Assembly (NCBI GenBank): GCA_002269645.1
Contig: NIVC01001390.1
Coordinates: forward strand, 234,052-298,051
Length of the DNA: 64,000 nucleotides
Source of the DNA: Macrostomum lignano
Lineage: Eukaryota
Direction: 5' to 3'
Shown: positions 11,965 through 27,459 of the stretch, in pieces
How the letters are laid out: every line of letters begins with the position of its first letter
Numbering within the stretch: the first letter of the stretch is position 1
Notes under the pieces: model-generated
What the model was told of the DNA's origin: nothing
Databases searched by the model: none
What the model saw: only the letters and a program-made list of their open reading frames with translations
Position numbers and translations under genes: made by a program

Positions 11965-12590
11965 ATTCAGTACAAATATGGGGAATTCGGTACAGTATGG
12001 GAATTCGGTACAATATGGGGAATTCGGTACAATATGGGAAATTCGGTACAATACGGGGAATTCGGTACAATATGGAGAATTCGGTACAATATGGAGAATT
12101 CGGTACAATATGGAGAATTCGGTACAATATGGAGAATTCGGTACAATATGGAGAATTCGGTACAATATGGAGAACTCGGTACAATATGGAGAATTCGGTA
12201 CAATATGGAGAATTCGTTACAATATGGGAAATGCTGTACAATAATGGGGAATTCGGTACAATATGGGGAATTTGGTACAATATGGGGAATTTGGTACAAT
12301 ATGGGAAATTCGGTACAATATGGGGAATTCGGTACAATATGGGGAATTCGGTACAATATGGAGAATTCGGTACAATATGGAGAATTCGGTACAATATGGA
12401 GAATTCGGTACAATATGGAGAATTCGGTACAATATGGAGAATTCGGTACAATATGGAGAATTCGTTACAATATGGGAAATGCTGTACAATAATGGGGAAT
12501 TCGGTACAATATGGGGAATTTGGTACAATATGGGGAATTTGGTACAATATGGGAAATTCTGTACAATAATCGGGAATTTGGTACAATACT
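11965..12590. repeat. 19-bp minisatellite (GAATTCGGTACAATATGGA)n with a 248-bp higher-order duplication
   Basis: Tandem units; the variant block TCGTTACAATATGGGAAATGCTGTACAATAATGG recurs at about 12216 and 12464. Confidence 0.95.
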
Positions 12591-13710
12591 AGAAATCAGC
12601 GGTTGAGCCAACGAATAATGGAATATTTTTAATAAACTGCATGTATGTGGTTCGACCTATCAGCCTTGACAGCAATCCCCCCCTGAAAACATGAAATCTT
12701 AGCAATTACCCCCGAGCCTTGACATCTCAGAAATTTCCCAAGAAATCTTTTTATGTTCAACATTTTTTTAATTTTTAATTTCAATTTTTTAAATAACGCT
12801 TCTTAGTTCTTTTAGGTTTTACGTAACGCTTCATATATTTTTACGTGACGCAATTCTTTTGTGTTTTACATGACGCTTTTGCTCAAATCAATCGCATATC
12901 CATATACACAAAAAAAACTATTTTTAGTACATAGGATTAATAATTAGAATACATCAGCCTCAGTACGAGAGCATTGTAATTTCTCGAACTCGTGTCGAAT
13001 TATTGTTGAAAATACAGGAGCGTGCTATACAACATATCTTTCCTCACAACATCATAGTGGTCCAGTTTCATTAAATTCTGGCTTTTAACACACCCACTAT
13101 TCTGCATGCAATGGCGGGTACAGCACGCCTGTGTAGCATGAGACAGATTAGGCCTACGGGCTAAGGTCTGCGATCCTACACACCTGCACCCCCTCTATTC
13201 TGGTGCAGGAATGGCAGGAGAACTCTCTCCAAGCTGACTCGCAAGCCGACCCAGGGGTTCACGCCCCGCATGTGTTCAAGGCAGCTCTAGGGCTGCTGGA
13301 CTGACTGGGCTCCGGCGGCGGCAACCCATCCGTGGCCTTTTGGCCAAGTTGGGTACGGGCTCCGCCCGGAAGTGCACCTGTGCGTATCAGGTACCTCTGG
13401 CCACGGCTCTGAGGAAAAGGTACCACCCTCTGACCTTAACAGGGTATGCGGCCAGTCCGCAGGCTCCGGAGGCAGTACATCCTCCTGCTTCCCTCAAGGG
13501 CCCAGTGTAGTACCGTGCTGTTGGTCCTTTGGTTCGGCCTCTGGTTTTTCCAAGCCGGGCTCTTAGCCGGGGAGTTTCTCGGTTGCTAGCGGTCGGGCCG
13601 GTACGGGCTTAAGCCACCCCCCGGTCGCTACCTCTTGGCCTGGTTGCTGGGTTTGGGGTTACGGCCCAGCGGCTTCTCACCTTTAGTCCCCACTCGCCTT
13701 TTAGTGACTC

Positions 13711-15180
13711 ATGGAGTATTCATTTACCTCCGACACGTCCGAGGCTGCTGGAGCACCAACCGAGGTTGGCACCGCGGCCCAGCCGGACATTCGCAACACC
13801 GGAACCCCCGGTGCCTCTCAATCTGCCGCTGCCGCCGCTCAGTATAATACCGGAGTGGCTGGACAAGACAGCGGACCTCAGATTTCTTCAAAAAGAAGAC
13901 CCGTTGCATTGCTCGCTACAAAGCCTTTCTCCAGCGCAAAGCGGAGGAACGGAGGAATGCGAAAGCCGCCCCTCCGGCCACCTCTGAGGAGGGTGCCGGT
14001 AACTCTGCGAACCCCGCGGAGCCGACATCCGACAAGGGGGTGGACCCCGCGCGCCGGTCTGATGCGTCAGGTGCCGCTGAAGCTCCTGGTGCGGCTGGCC
14101 CCTCCCGTGACCGGACCTCTGCCCGTGTGGAAGCTCCCACGGCCGTGGAGGGATCCAAAGCGGGGGGCGCTGGCCAAACCACAAAGCCGAAGCGAACCTA
14201 CGCGGCTATGGCCAAAAGGCAGCCGGCCCTGGTTATCCAAGGCCAGGAGACGCCTCTTACGGCCGAACAGCTTGACCTTATCTGGCGCAGGTTTGACTCC
14301 CACCTGGTCAAGATGGCCTTGAACAGCACTACTATTCGAGTCCAAAAGACGAAAGTCGAGGACCAAGCCCTCTATATCCAGCCCGCCGACAGCCAGTCAG
14401 GACAGCAGCTCCTCGAGCTGCTGAAAACCTTCGACTGGGGTACGGAGCTGGAGAACCTGTTCATCTACAGGGAGGACGAGCGACCCCGGACACACCGGCA
14501 CCGTGCCTGGATCCCGGCTCGCAGCTGCATTACCAAGGCAGACGAGCTGCGTCACCTGCTAGTGGCTTCCAACCCGGAGCTACCGGCCAACGGTGTCGTA
14601 GTTCACGAGACCATCTCCAAGCCAGGCGGAGACGGTTTCACGGCTATTCTTGGACTGTCGGACAGCTGGATGCTCCGCTACCCGGACATGTCCATCATCT
14701 CTGTCGGGCTGTTGCAGATTCAGCTCTTTAGCTTTGAGTCTGACGCCACCCGCCCACCGCCCCCGGAGAAGCGTAAGCGGGCAGTCGGGGGCTCTGCCGG
14801 GTGGAAACGCCCAGGAAAAGAAGCTCCCGGTCGTCACGACCCCTCCGAGGACGTGGACCCTGTCAGAGGGAAAGCCGCGAAAGCTGCAGCAACAAGGCGG
14901 ACGTGGAAAGGGCCGGAAACCCGCCCGAAACACTATCCGCTCTGGTCTGACTCAGCGCGCGAAGCAGCTGCTGGACACCGCCAAGGCCCCCAACCGCAGC
15001 CACCCCCAGCCCAGTGTCACCACTGCGGCCCCCCCGGAAAACCGGGCCGAGAGCGAGAATGCCGCCCAGGTAGCGACCTCGCCCTCGACCATGGAATCCA
15101 TCCGGGAGGAGCCCATGGAGCTGGAGCCTGGAGCTATCGGCGAGGCAGAAGAGGCAGCTCTCCTGCACAACTCGCCTTGA
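13711..15180 (+). pseudogene. LINE ORF1 (gag-like, DUF4780-like core), frameshifted in this sequence
   Basis: TYAAMAK..LVI; HRAWIP...DELRHLLVASNPELP..GVVV......G....ILGL...ISVG..QIQ resembles Loa/Lian ORF1. Natural-looking N- and C-terminal segments lie in other frames. Confidence 0.6.
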
Positions 15181-15221
15181 GCCGGCAGGAAGCTGCGCGG
15201 ACCACTCGTGGAATTCCCGGA

Positions 15222-18927
<3,706 letters not shown>

Positions 18928-19410
18928 CTGCCCGTGGTCGCCAGAGGTTAGCGAAATGGGCGGCAACGCCTCCTCGCTGTTTCCGGACGCACGGAGCCCC
19001 CTGCAGCTAAGTCAACGTAAGTCACCCACTATTCTGGCACGTTTAATCTCGTTTATCTTCCATTGTGCAACATCGCCTATCGTTGATTCTTCACAAGCCT
19101 ATTCAAAAACACACACACACACAGACAGACTTTTTGAGGTCCAGTAAACGCTAAACATAGCTTTTATCGTTCGAAATTAGATGTTTATAAATGTTTATTG
19201 GGTGTACATGTAGCTGCGCCCGTGGTGTTATCAGTTTGTGCATAGAAGCGCAACATGATGGAATTTAATCAGTCCTACATATCTTATGATTAGGGCAACA
19301 GCTGTACACGCGGCTATCTGCTGAAAAAAAAACAGATTAGCTGGGCCATTTAGGTTCGATGTTGAGCGCACAGCAGCCACCTGTGAATCATAATTACTAG
19401 AAAGCTCGAA

Positions 19411-20913
19411 ATGCCTACACTTGGCAGTGTGGCTACTGTCGGCCACACTGCGGCACTCCTAGCGATGCGATGCTGCATCAAAGTCGTGGAGTACCAGTTT
19501 AGCCAATCTGAAGCCGGAACTGTCAATGACAGCAGCGTCGCAAAGCATTCAGTTGAGGATTCCGTCTCTGTGCTCTCCTGGATGTACACCTGTCGCTTTC
19601 TATTTCCAGTTCTTGGCGGCTTGCTAGCTTGTATCGTTGGGCACCTGCGAGCACTCCAGTTGGGCGGCTGCGTACTATTTGCATCGGCAGGTGCCATGAC
19701 TTATTCAGTGTACACAGATCAATGGCAGCTGGAATCTGCAGGCGTCACTCTGACCGCCTGCGCTCTCGTGCTGGTGTGCAACGGCCTGGTCATGCCAAAC
19801 GTGATGTACGCAGTGCTAAGCAAGCGGACGAGACCGCAACATCGAACTGTGCTCTGCGCGCTGGTCTACATGTCGGCAGCGGCTGGTCTCTTAGTGGGCA
19901 TCCAAGTGAAGAAGTTGTTCAACAATCCCAGAGTTGGAAAGCACACCAGCCTCGTCTGGTTAGTCTGTGCATTCATCTTTGTAGCGCTCGCTTTCGTGGC
20001 GCTTCCTTATTTCGACGCTGCCGCAGCACCCGCGCCGGGCACAACGTTGCTCGAGTCTACGCCTCGGCGTGCGCCTAAAGTAATGAAGCTGCCCTCATTC
20101 AGTTGCAGACATGTCCAACTGCCGACTAGAAGCCGTCTGAAGCGCAGCTGCATCGTGTTCAGCATGCTAATACCTTTCCTCATCGGCGTTTGCGACGAGC
20201 GAGCAGCCGTGCTAGATGCTCAGCGAGCGCTCATATTAGCAAACACCAGCTGTAGTAGCGGCTGTGGCCACCTAGAGACCGGCGCCAGCGGCCTTCCTCC
20301 TGATGTTGCTCTGCTCCCCATCGCTCTGCTTGTCGTCAATGGCGCTCTCGTCTTCACCGCCTGCTGCCGAGGCCGTCGCCAACGCCTGCCTATTCAGCAG
20401 CGTCTTCTTTCCGGCATCGTCATGGAGGCAACAGTTGAACTGGGTCTGCTTGTTGTCAGTGGTGTCAGAGTTTCTCACCCGTTCGCTCTGTCGTTGATCA
20501 GCACCGCCGCATCGGTGGTGGACGCGACAGCTGCCGCCCTCACCATGGTGGCCGCCTACGAGCTGGTGGACAGCTTTGAGCGCGACGCCGCTAAGCCGCT
20601 GATTGTCGGCGTCATGCTGACGGTGTGGGGCCTGGCGCACCTGACCAGCCGCTCTCTCTTCATCATCTGCCAGGGCCTGCCGCCAAGCTTAGACAGGCCA
20701 CCTCTGTTGTTTATCTACCATTCGATTTTGCTCCTGTTGCTGCTGTTAAGCCTCGTCTACTGGCGACTGTACGCTCTACGGGTGGCTCGATCTCTGCAGG
20801 TTGTCTACGAGGAGGACGATGACGTTGAGGAGCCGTCTGGACAGAGATGGACAGGGATTCTTAATGACCCAAGCCAAGAAGATAGACCGCTTCTTGATTG
20901 TAGCGAGAATTGA
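19411..20913 (+). CDS. Intronless, highly divergent MFS transporter, POT/PTR2 (SLC15)-like, 500 aa
   Basis: About 11-12 hydrophobic segments. Y...LFPVLGGLLAC.VG resembles the POT motif (P.LGG.LAD..G); LVYMSAAAGLLVG resembles FY..IN.GSL.G; AAYELV......K.LIVG resembles GLEF.Y..AP..MK. Confidence 0.62.
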   Translation: MPTLGSVATVGHTAALLAMRCCIKVVEYQFSQSEAGTVNDSSVAKHSVEDSVSVLSWMYTCRFLFPVLGGLLACIVGHLRALQLGGCVLFASAGAMTYSVYTDQWQLESAGVTLTACALVLVCNGLVMPNVMYAVLSKRTRPQHRTVLCALVYMSAAAGLLVGIQVKKLFNNPRVGKHTSLVWLVCAFIFVALAFVALPYFDAAAAPAPGTTLLESTPRRAPKVMKLPSFSCRHVQLPTRSRLKRSCIVFSMLIPFLIGVCDERAAVLDAQRALILANTSCSSGCGHLETGASGLPPDVALLPIALLVVNGALVFTACCRGRRQRLPIQQRLLSGIVMEATVELGLLVVSGVRVSHPFALSLISTAASVVDATAAALTMVAAYELVDSFERDAAKPLIVGVMLTVWGLAHLTSRSLFIICQGLPPSLDRPPLLFIYHSILLLLLLLSLVYWRLYALRVARSLQVVYEEDDDVEEPSGQRWTGILNDPSQEDRPLLDCSEN

Positions 20914-21429
20914 TATCGATATTCAAATTTCTGTTAACTAGGAGATTCGAACTCGGATACATTGCACTAATTGTGTCTAAACAAATTTTATACAATGGTT
21001 TTGTCTAATAGAGCTCGGCTTCATTAGAGTTTCTGACCGTTGGAAAATTTCGATAAACATTTCTGTCAGGATTATCTAATTTTGTAACTTTACTCAAAAA
21101 CAATAAAAAGTCGCCACCTTTGGTAAATTGTAGCTCAGTATTTATTGACTTTTGAGTGACGCAACTTGCGCCACGCGACGGATTGGGAAGAGCGGAGGTC
21201 GAAGACTGGATGGATTGAAGCTTCCGCCCAGATTTCATTGTTTTTTCAAGCATTATTTAATATCAACATGGTTATTAAAAGGTAATAGTAAATTTATCTG
21301 AGCTAGGTAATAGACGCTGGTCGAAAGACACTGCTCACTGGGCCAAAGGGTGGCGAATTTTCAATGTTGCTGAGTATATTTATTCACAGCCAGAATTACC
21401 AACCTGTTGTCACGGATGCAATAAAGAAG

Positions 21430-21700
21430 GCTTATCAGCACGAGGCCAGCTCGAGAAAAGCCTAAAGATTTATCTTATATTGAGAACAACGTATCGCAAG
21501 GTTAAACTGTAGGGCTGTGGGCCACTCTGGCGCAACGAATTTGGTGACATTGTCTCACATCCAACGGTAAGGCAACTCTGCCCATTCCCCTGACTCCTGA
21601 GGGCAGACAAGCGCACCAATACTGTACGTGGACACACACACACACACATACACACGCTCGTCGCCAAAATTTGAGCTGCAAAGGCAAGGCGAGCGACGGG
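21430..21700 (-). mobile_element. Second copy of the SINE-like conserved box seen at 3130-3235
   Basis: Reverse complement reads (tg)n..ctcaggagtcaggggaatgggcagagttgccttaccg..gacaatgtcacc..cacagccc, collinear with the box at 3140-3230. Confidence 0.4.
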
Positions 21701-21902
21701 CACAGAGGGCGGCGTGCATATAAATAAGCGGGTGAGCAAACCCCCCACCCCACGGGGGGTAGAGAGGACGGCGCACAAAGGCGGCACAAAGTACAGCGCG
21801 AGGGGTGGATGGCTAACACCCATTTCACTCCAGGCTCACAAAAGAGCCTAAGAGAAATGGAGGCAATAATATTTTTCCTTAGGGCGCAAAAAAGCACTTT
21901 CG

Positions 21903-23268
21903 GCGCCAAAATGAGTGCCTGCTGCGCTAAAATGAGTGCCTGCTGCGCTAAAATGAGTGCCTGCTGCGCTAAAATGAGTGTCTGCGGCGCTAAAATGAGT
22001 GCCTGCTGCGCTAAAATGAGTGCCTGCTCCGCTAAAATGAGTGCCTGATGCGCCAAAATGAGTGCCTGCTGCGCTAAATGAGTGACTGCTGCGCCAAATG
22101 AGTGCCTGATGCGCCAAATGAGTGCCTGCTGCGCTAAAATGAGTGCCTGCAGCTCTAAAATGAGTGCCTGCTGCGCTAAAATGAGTGCCTGCAGCTCTAA
22201 AATGAGTGCCTGCTGCGCTAAAATGAGTGCCTGCGGCGCTAAAATGAGTGCCTGATGCGCTAAAATGAGTGCCTGCAGCTCTAAAATGAGTGCCTTCTGC
22301 GCTAAAATGAGTGCCTGCTGCGCTAAAATGAGTGCCTGCTGCGCTAAATGAGTGACTGCTGCGCCAAATGAGTGCCTGATGCGCCAAATGAGTGCCTGCT
22401 GCGCTAAAATGAGTGCCTGCGGCGCTAAAATGAGTGCCTGATGCGCTAAAATGAGTGCCTGCTGCGCTAAAATGAGTGCCTGCGGCGCTAAAATGAGTGC
22501 CTGCTGCGCTAAAATGAGTGCCTGCGGTGCTAAAATGAGTGCCTGCGGCGCTAAAATGAGTGCCTGATGCGCTAAAATGAGTGCCTGCAGCTCTAAAATG
22601 AGTGCCTTCTGCGCTAAAATGAGTGCCTGCTGCGCTAAAATGAGTGCCTGCTGCGCTAAATGAGTGACTGCTGCGCCAAATGAGTGCCTGATGCGCCAAA
22701 TGAGTGCCTGCTGCGCTAAAATGAGTGCCTGCTGCGCCAAATGAGTGCCTGATGCGCCAAATGAGTGCCTGCTGCGCTAAAATGAGTGCCTGCTGCGCTA
22801 AAATGAGTGCCTGATGCGCTAAAATGAGTGTCTGCGGCGCTAAAATGAGTGCCTGCTGCGCTAAAATGAGTGCCTGCGGCGCTAAAATGAGTGCCTGCGG
22901 TGCTAAAATGAGTGCCTGCGGTGCTTAAATGAGTGCCTGCGGCGCTAAAATGAGTGCCTGCTGCGCTAAAATGAGTGCCTGCGGCGCTAAAATGAGTGCC
23001 TGCGGCGCTAAAATGAGTGCCTGCGGCGCTAAAATGAGTGCCTGCGGTGCTAAAATGAGTGCCTGCGGCGCTAAAATGAGTGCCTGCGGCGCTAAAATGA
23101 GTGCCTGCTGCGCTAAAATGAGTGCCTGCGGCGCTAAAATGAGTGCCTGCTGCGCTAAAATGAGTGCCTGCTGCGCTAAAATGAGTGCCTGCGGCGCTAA
23201 AATGAGTGCCTGCTGCGCTAAAATGAGTGCCTGCGGCGCTAAAATGAGTGCCTGCTGCGCTAAAATTA
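21903..23268. repeat. 21-bp minisatellite (CGCTAAAATGAGTGCCTGCTG)n with higher-order blocks
   Basis: Tandem units; the diagnostic variant AGTGACTGCTGCGCCAAATG occurs at 22081, 22351 and 22663. Confidence 0.95.
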
Positions 23269-24433
23269 GCGCTGACATCGATTCTCAAAACTATGGACAT
23301 GTAGAAATTTACTCCTGTGTGACGATGTCGTTATACTATAATATTTTTTAGTTTCTATCTGATTTTTTAATGTACTTAAATTGATTTTTTTGTAATAATT
23401 ATAGGGGTAGGGGGAAAGCGCTTTAATGTTTTGTTATAGAAAAATTATGTCTATAATTTCATCTACTGTTTTATTACTTTCGTTACCACTTTTTTGAAGT
23501 TAGTATTGAAGGTTTTAGTGGACCAGTTTTGGCGCGGTTTTGAGTGCGGGAGTTTCGTGTTTTTGGGTGTAGGCTCTCTCTCCCTCCTCGCGCGCGGCGT
23601 GTTTCGTTACATTAGTCCAGTGATACCAGACAAGACTATTTGAAATAATTTTGCTCTATAGGCTATAGAGTCAACCAGACCAAATTAACATTAGATTATA
23701 TTTAGTATATTGGCTTAGCCACTCCACTGCCGCCAAGACTGTGCCCCTAGGCCTAGTAACTTTAAATATAAGTTATTTATATTATTTTTTGTCAATTTCT
23801 ACAACTAAATAACACGAAATAAATGACCTAGAATAATTAATGATAAATTTAATAGTTAATTTGAGTCACCGGATATTTCTTTCTTTCTATTTGAACTCCG
23901 CTCCGTGCTCCGCTACACCTGTACAATTTTACAAATACATGTTGAATTCTTGGCTTTGTCCCCACCCCATCCATCATTAAATCTATGGCGACGCCCCTGC
24001 ACATACTGTACACACGCTCACACAGACTTTCTATTCAGGCTTGCAGGTTTGCCCGACTGGCTCCCGCCTAATCGACAATCGAAATATAAAAAATCTGGAA
24101 GCATATTTTCTTGCCTCAGGACTGTCACGCAATATCAATTTCTTTACATTTGTTTGCTACTTGTATTTTTCTCGCCATTTTGGAAGTGACAGGTGTAAAT
24201 TTAAACAGTTAGAAATGTCAATCCTGTCTCACTCAGTCTTGTAAATCGATAATATCAGGTAATGGAAGAGAAATTATTAGTACTTCAAATAGATTTTCAT
24301 CAGGCTTCGCAAATTACAAGCTAATTATGAGTCACTTACGTTTTAGGCAAGGGAATGCTTCCTCTCCCATAGCTTCTCCCAAAACTAAATGAGAGACAGC
24401 CAAACACAACGAATGACAGGAGCCTAACACACG

Positions 24434-24765
24434 GTGCCCACCAAAAGACAGGGACACCCACCAAAAGACAGGGGTGCCCAACAAAAGACAGGGGCGCCCA
24501 CCAAGAGACGGGGGTGCCCACCAAAAGACAGGGACACCCACCAAAAGACAGGGGTGCCCACCAAAAGACAGGGGCGCCCACCAAAAGACAGGGGTGCCCA
24601 ACAAAAGACAGGGGTGCCCACCAAAAGACAGGGGCGCCCACCAAAAGACAGGGGTGCCCAACAAAAGACAGGGTGCCCACCAAAAGACAGGGGTGCCCAC
24701 CAAAAGACAGGGGTGCCCACCAAAAGACAGGGTTGCCCAACAAAAGACAGGGGTGCCCACTAAAG
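24434..24765. repeat. 20-bp minisatellite (CCCACCAAAAGACAGGGGTG)n
   Basis: Tandem copies with alternating CG/TG and CC/AC variants. Confidence 0.93.
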
Positions 24766-25320
24766 AGTCAGTGGCGCTCATCAACCTACCAAGACATCAA
24801 ATATAGTGATGTCCCTTAGTATTTCGGCGCCTCCAGTTACTACGTCACTACTCTACTCATAAACATACATTTTCATATCTTCTATAGATCAACGTGTGAT
24901 TCAATCTGGAGCGAAACGTATGCTTCTTTTATTTGTAAGTCGCCAAAAAGTTTATGCTAAGACTCGAAGCATTTCTAGTGCATTTTGCAGTGAAAACCCA
25001 TGGACTTCTATACTTAAATTAAATACATTTCTGATGGCCTCATGTGGTAACGCGAATTTTTTCGCTTCCAGTCCAGATGCTAAGTATAGAAGTCCATGGA
25101 AAACCGGTCTCCACGATCTGTGAGTGCAACCTCTATCTGCTCAAGTTGTCTATGGCATGAAGTATTAAGATGTTGAGGTCCAGTACCACAGACAAGTCAC
25201 TTCGGCAGCTACCTACATCTTGCGCTTGCTTTTGAAATCTGAAAGCTAAAAAACACTCTGCTAGCTAAAAAGCTTTTTATTTTGATTTCCCCCAAGAAGC
25301 AGATTGTTAAGCTGGCGAAA

Positions 25321-26136
25321 ATGAACAACAATTTGCCAGACGCTGCCCAGAAACAAACTCTGCCTAAACAGGATCATCATTGCAAGAAACCAACGAGTGC
25401 CACGCAGCGAAGCGTTTACGAGGCCAAGCACGCTTTGAAAGGTACTACTAAGAGTAGCACTAAGATTAAGAAGACAGTGCGAATCTCACCCACCGTGACA
25501 ACCAAAGAGGTCGAGAAGTTGTCTCTTGACTCGGCTGAGTCGTCTTCAGACGAGGATGCAGAGAAACACGACACGTCAACTTCCAGTGGAGAAACTGAAT
25601 CTATCGACGTTACCAGCTCGCCCAAGGCCGAATCCGACGATGAGAAAGACTCTTCTGAAGCCACCAGCCCTGAGCCAAGTGCGTCCAATTCGTCAGCTAC
25701 GGCAACAACGTCGAATGGGGAAACGTCTGAAGAGACCGAGACGTTGAAGGAAGACGGTTCCACTGAGGAAGAAGGGGGAGATGACAGTGAAGGCGGCGAG
25801 GACGAGGCTGAGAAAGAAGAAGCATCTACGGAGGAGGGCGGCACCTCGGAGTCGAAAGAATCAGAAGCAACTGGAAGCAGCGAGGACACAAAAGATTCCG
25901 ACGGCAAAGGCGGCTCGAAAGGTGTCAAGGCGAAAAGTGAGAAGAAAAGCAAAAAAGACGAAGAAAAGAAGGCTAAGAAAGCAGAAAAGAAACAAAAGAA
26001 AGAGGAAAAGAAAGTCGAGAAAAAGGAGGCCAAAAAAGAGAAGAAAGAGGAGAAAAACGCCAAGAAGGCTGCCAAGAAGGAGAAGAAGAGCCAGGAAAAG
26101 GAAGCAGAGAAGGCAGCCAAGAAGAAGAAGAAGTAA
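25321..26136 (+). CDS. Orphan low-complexity protein (S/E/D-rich middle, K/E-rich tail), about 271 aa
   Basis: Single open frame from ATG 25321. The low complexity is encoded with mixed codons rather than a DNA tandem repeat, and GC is higher than in the flanks; an AATAAA follows at about 26238. Confidence 0.55.
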   Translation: MNNNLPDAAQKQTLPKQDHHCKKPTSATQRSVYEAKHALKGTTKSSTKIKKTVRISPTVTTKEVEKLSLDSAESSSDEDAEKHDTSTSSGETESIDVTSSPKAESDDEKDSSEATSPEPSASNSSATATTSNGETSEETETLKEDGSTEEEGGDDSEGGEDEAEKEEASTEEGGTSESKESEATGSSEDTKDSDGKGGSKGVKAKSEKKSKKDEEKKAKKAEKKQKKEEKKVEKKEAKKEKKEEKNAKKAAKKEKKSQEKEAEKAAKKKKK

Positions 26137-26636
26137 TACTTATGCTAAACGAAATTTGAGTTTATTACTTTACCTTGTTTATTTGAATTTTCAAAGAACT
26201 GTTTTAGTTCTTACACTGCTCTCAGCAGACGCTACCAAATAAAAACTTTCTTGATTTTCCTTTTCCTTAAAAAGTTGCGAATTTTGCTTCTGAGAAAAGA
26301 AAAAATAATCAAAGCTATAAACTCCATGGAGAAAAAAATAGTTTCCAAGCTAGATATTTCAGTAACATCCGATGCAAAGTAGCAAGTTTATTCATATTTC
26401 CATGGTTTTAATTAGATGACTTACTGTACAAATAGGTTATTACTATAAGTAACTGACAGGTAAAAAATCAGACAGAAAATTCTTTGGCTTTTACCGTAAA
26501 GTAAGCAATAATCCAAAAGCGATCGTTATATAATAATCTAAAAAAGTAGCAAAAAAATTAACAGCCAAGAAGAAAAGCTTTAAAAAAACTTACTACTGAT
26601 AAGCAAGAGAGAGGGTAATTAGGGGAATATTTTAGC

Positions 26637-27459
26637 CAGTGTTGGGCACTTCCGTTAACGATTAACTTGCAAATGGTAACGCAAGTTACTTTTTCGTAAA
26701 GCGTTCCTTACACAAGTTACTTTTTATTTTAGTAACGGAGTAACGGTAAGTTACTCAAATTTCGGAAGTCCGTTACAGTTACTTTGCAACAATCGCAATA
26801 TTTAAATTAAAAACTGAAACGCTAAGCTAGTACGCCGGTTGTCACGTTTTTGCATTTTTCATTTTTCAAAATTAAGTGAATTATAGTATCATATGGTATT
26901 GCGCTTAATTAATGAAGAAATACTTGAAACATGTTTTACTTTGTTAATTTCGGTAAAATATTTCGCCTTTCATTTTCAAGTTACTAAAAATTTCAAGTTT
27001 GATTCAAACAAACAAACAAACAAAGAAATTCATCTGTAGCCTCCACAAGTCCCTCCACTGGCACTGCAGTACACTACACCATTTTATACAGTTCTATTTA
27101 TTTTACTCTATTGAATTATTCATATTTGTTTATTTTTCATTTATAATTTTAATTATTGATTGCCATATTGCCCATTGGTCCTTCACTTGCCTCACATCGT
27201 GTCGCCAATTCCTGTCTCTGTCTTTGTGAAATGTGAAAAACAATGTGAAATGTGAAAAACAATGTGAAAAAATGTGCAATGTGAAAAAAGCAGAAAATTT
27301 TGTTAATAACATGGGTAACGGAAGTGAGTAACGGACAGTACTTAAAAGTTACCAGGTTTTTGTCTAAGTTACTAGGCTAACGTAAGTTACTTTTAAAAAA
27401 TTGGTAACTTAAGTTACAGTAACGCAAGTTACTTTTTTTGAGTAACTTGCCCAACACTG
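26637..27459. mobile_element. 823-bp hAT-type MITE
   Basis: TIR CAGTGTTGGGCA / TGCCCAACACTG; 8-bp TSD ATTTTAGC at 26629-26636 and 27460-27467; many subterminal GTAAC..GTTAC palindromic motifs. Confidence 0.88.

Noticed and set aside
11930-12592. Regularly spaced repeats with many overlapping ORFs, superficially CRISPR-like
   Set aside because: Head-to-tail 19-bp units with no unique spacers and no cas genes, in a eukaryotic context.
20941-20960. GAGATTCGAACTCGGAT, complementary to a tRNA T-arm
   Set aside because: Only a fragment; no acceptor, D or anticodon arms, so not a tRNA gene.
21502-23351. Long ORFs (AQQALIL, FSAAGTH, MSACCAK repeats)
   Set aside because: Open frames arise from the 21-bp stop-poor unit; there is no unique coding sequence.
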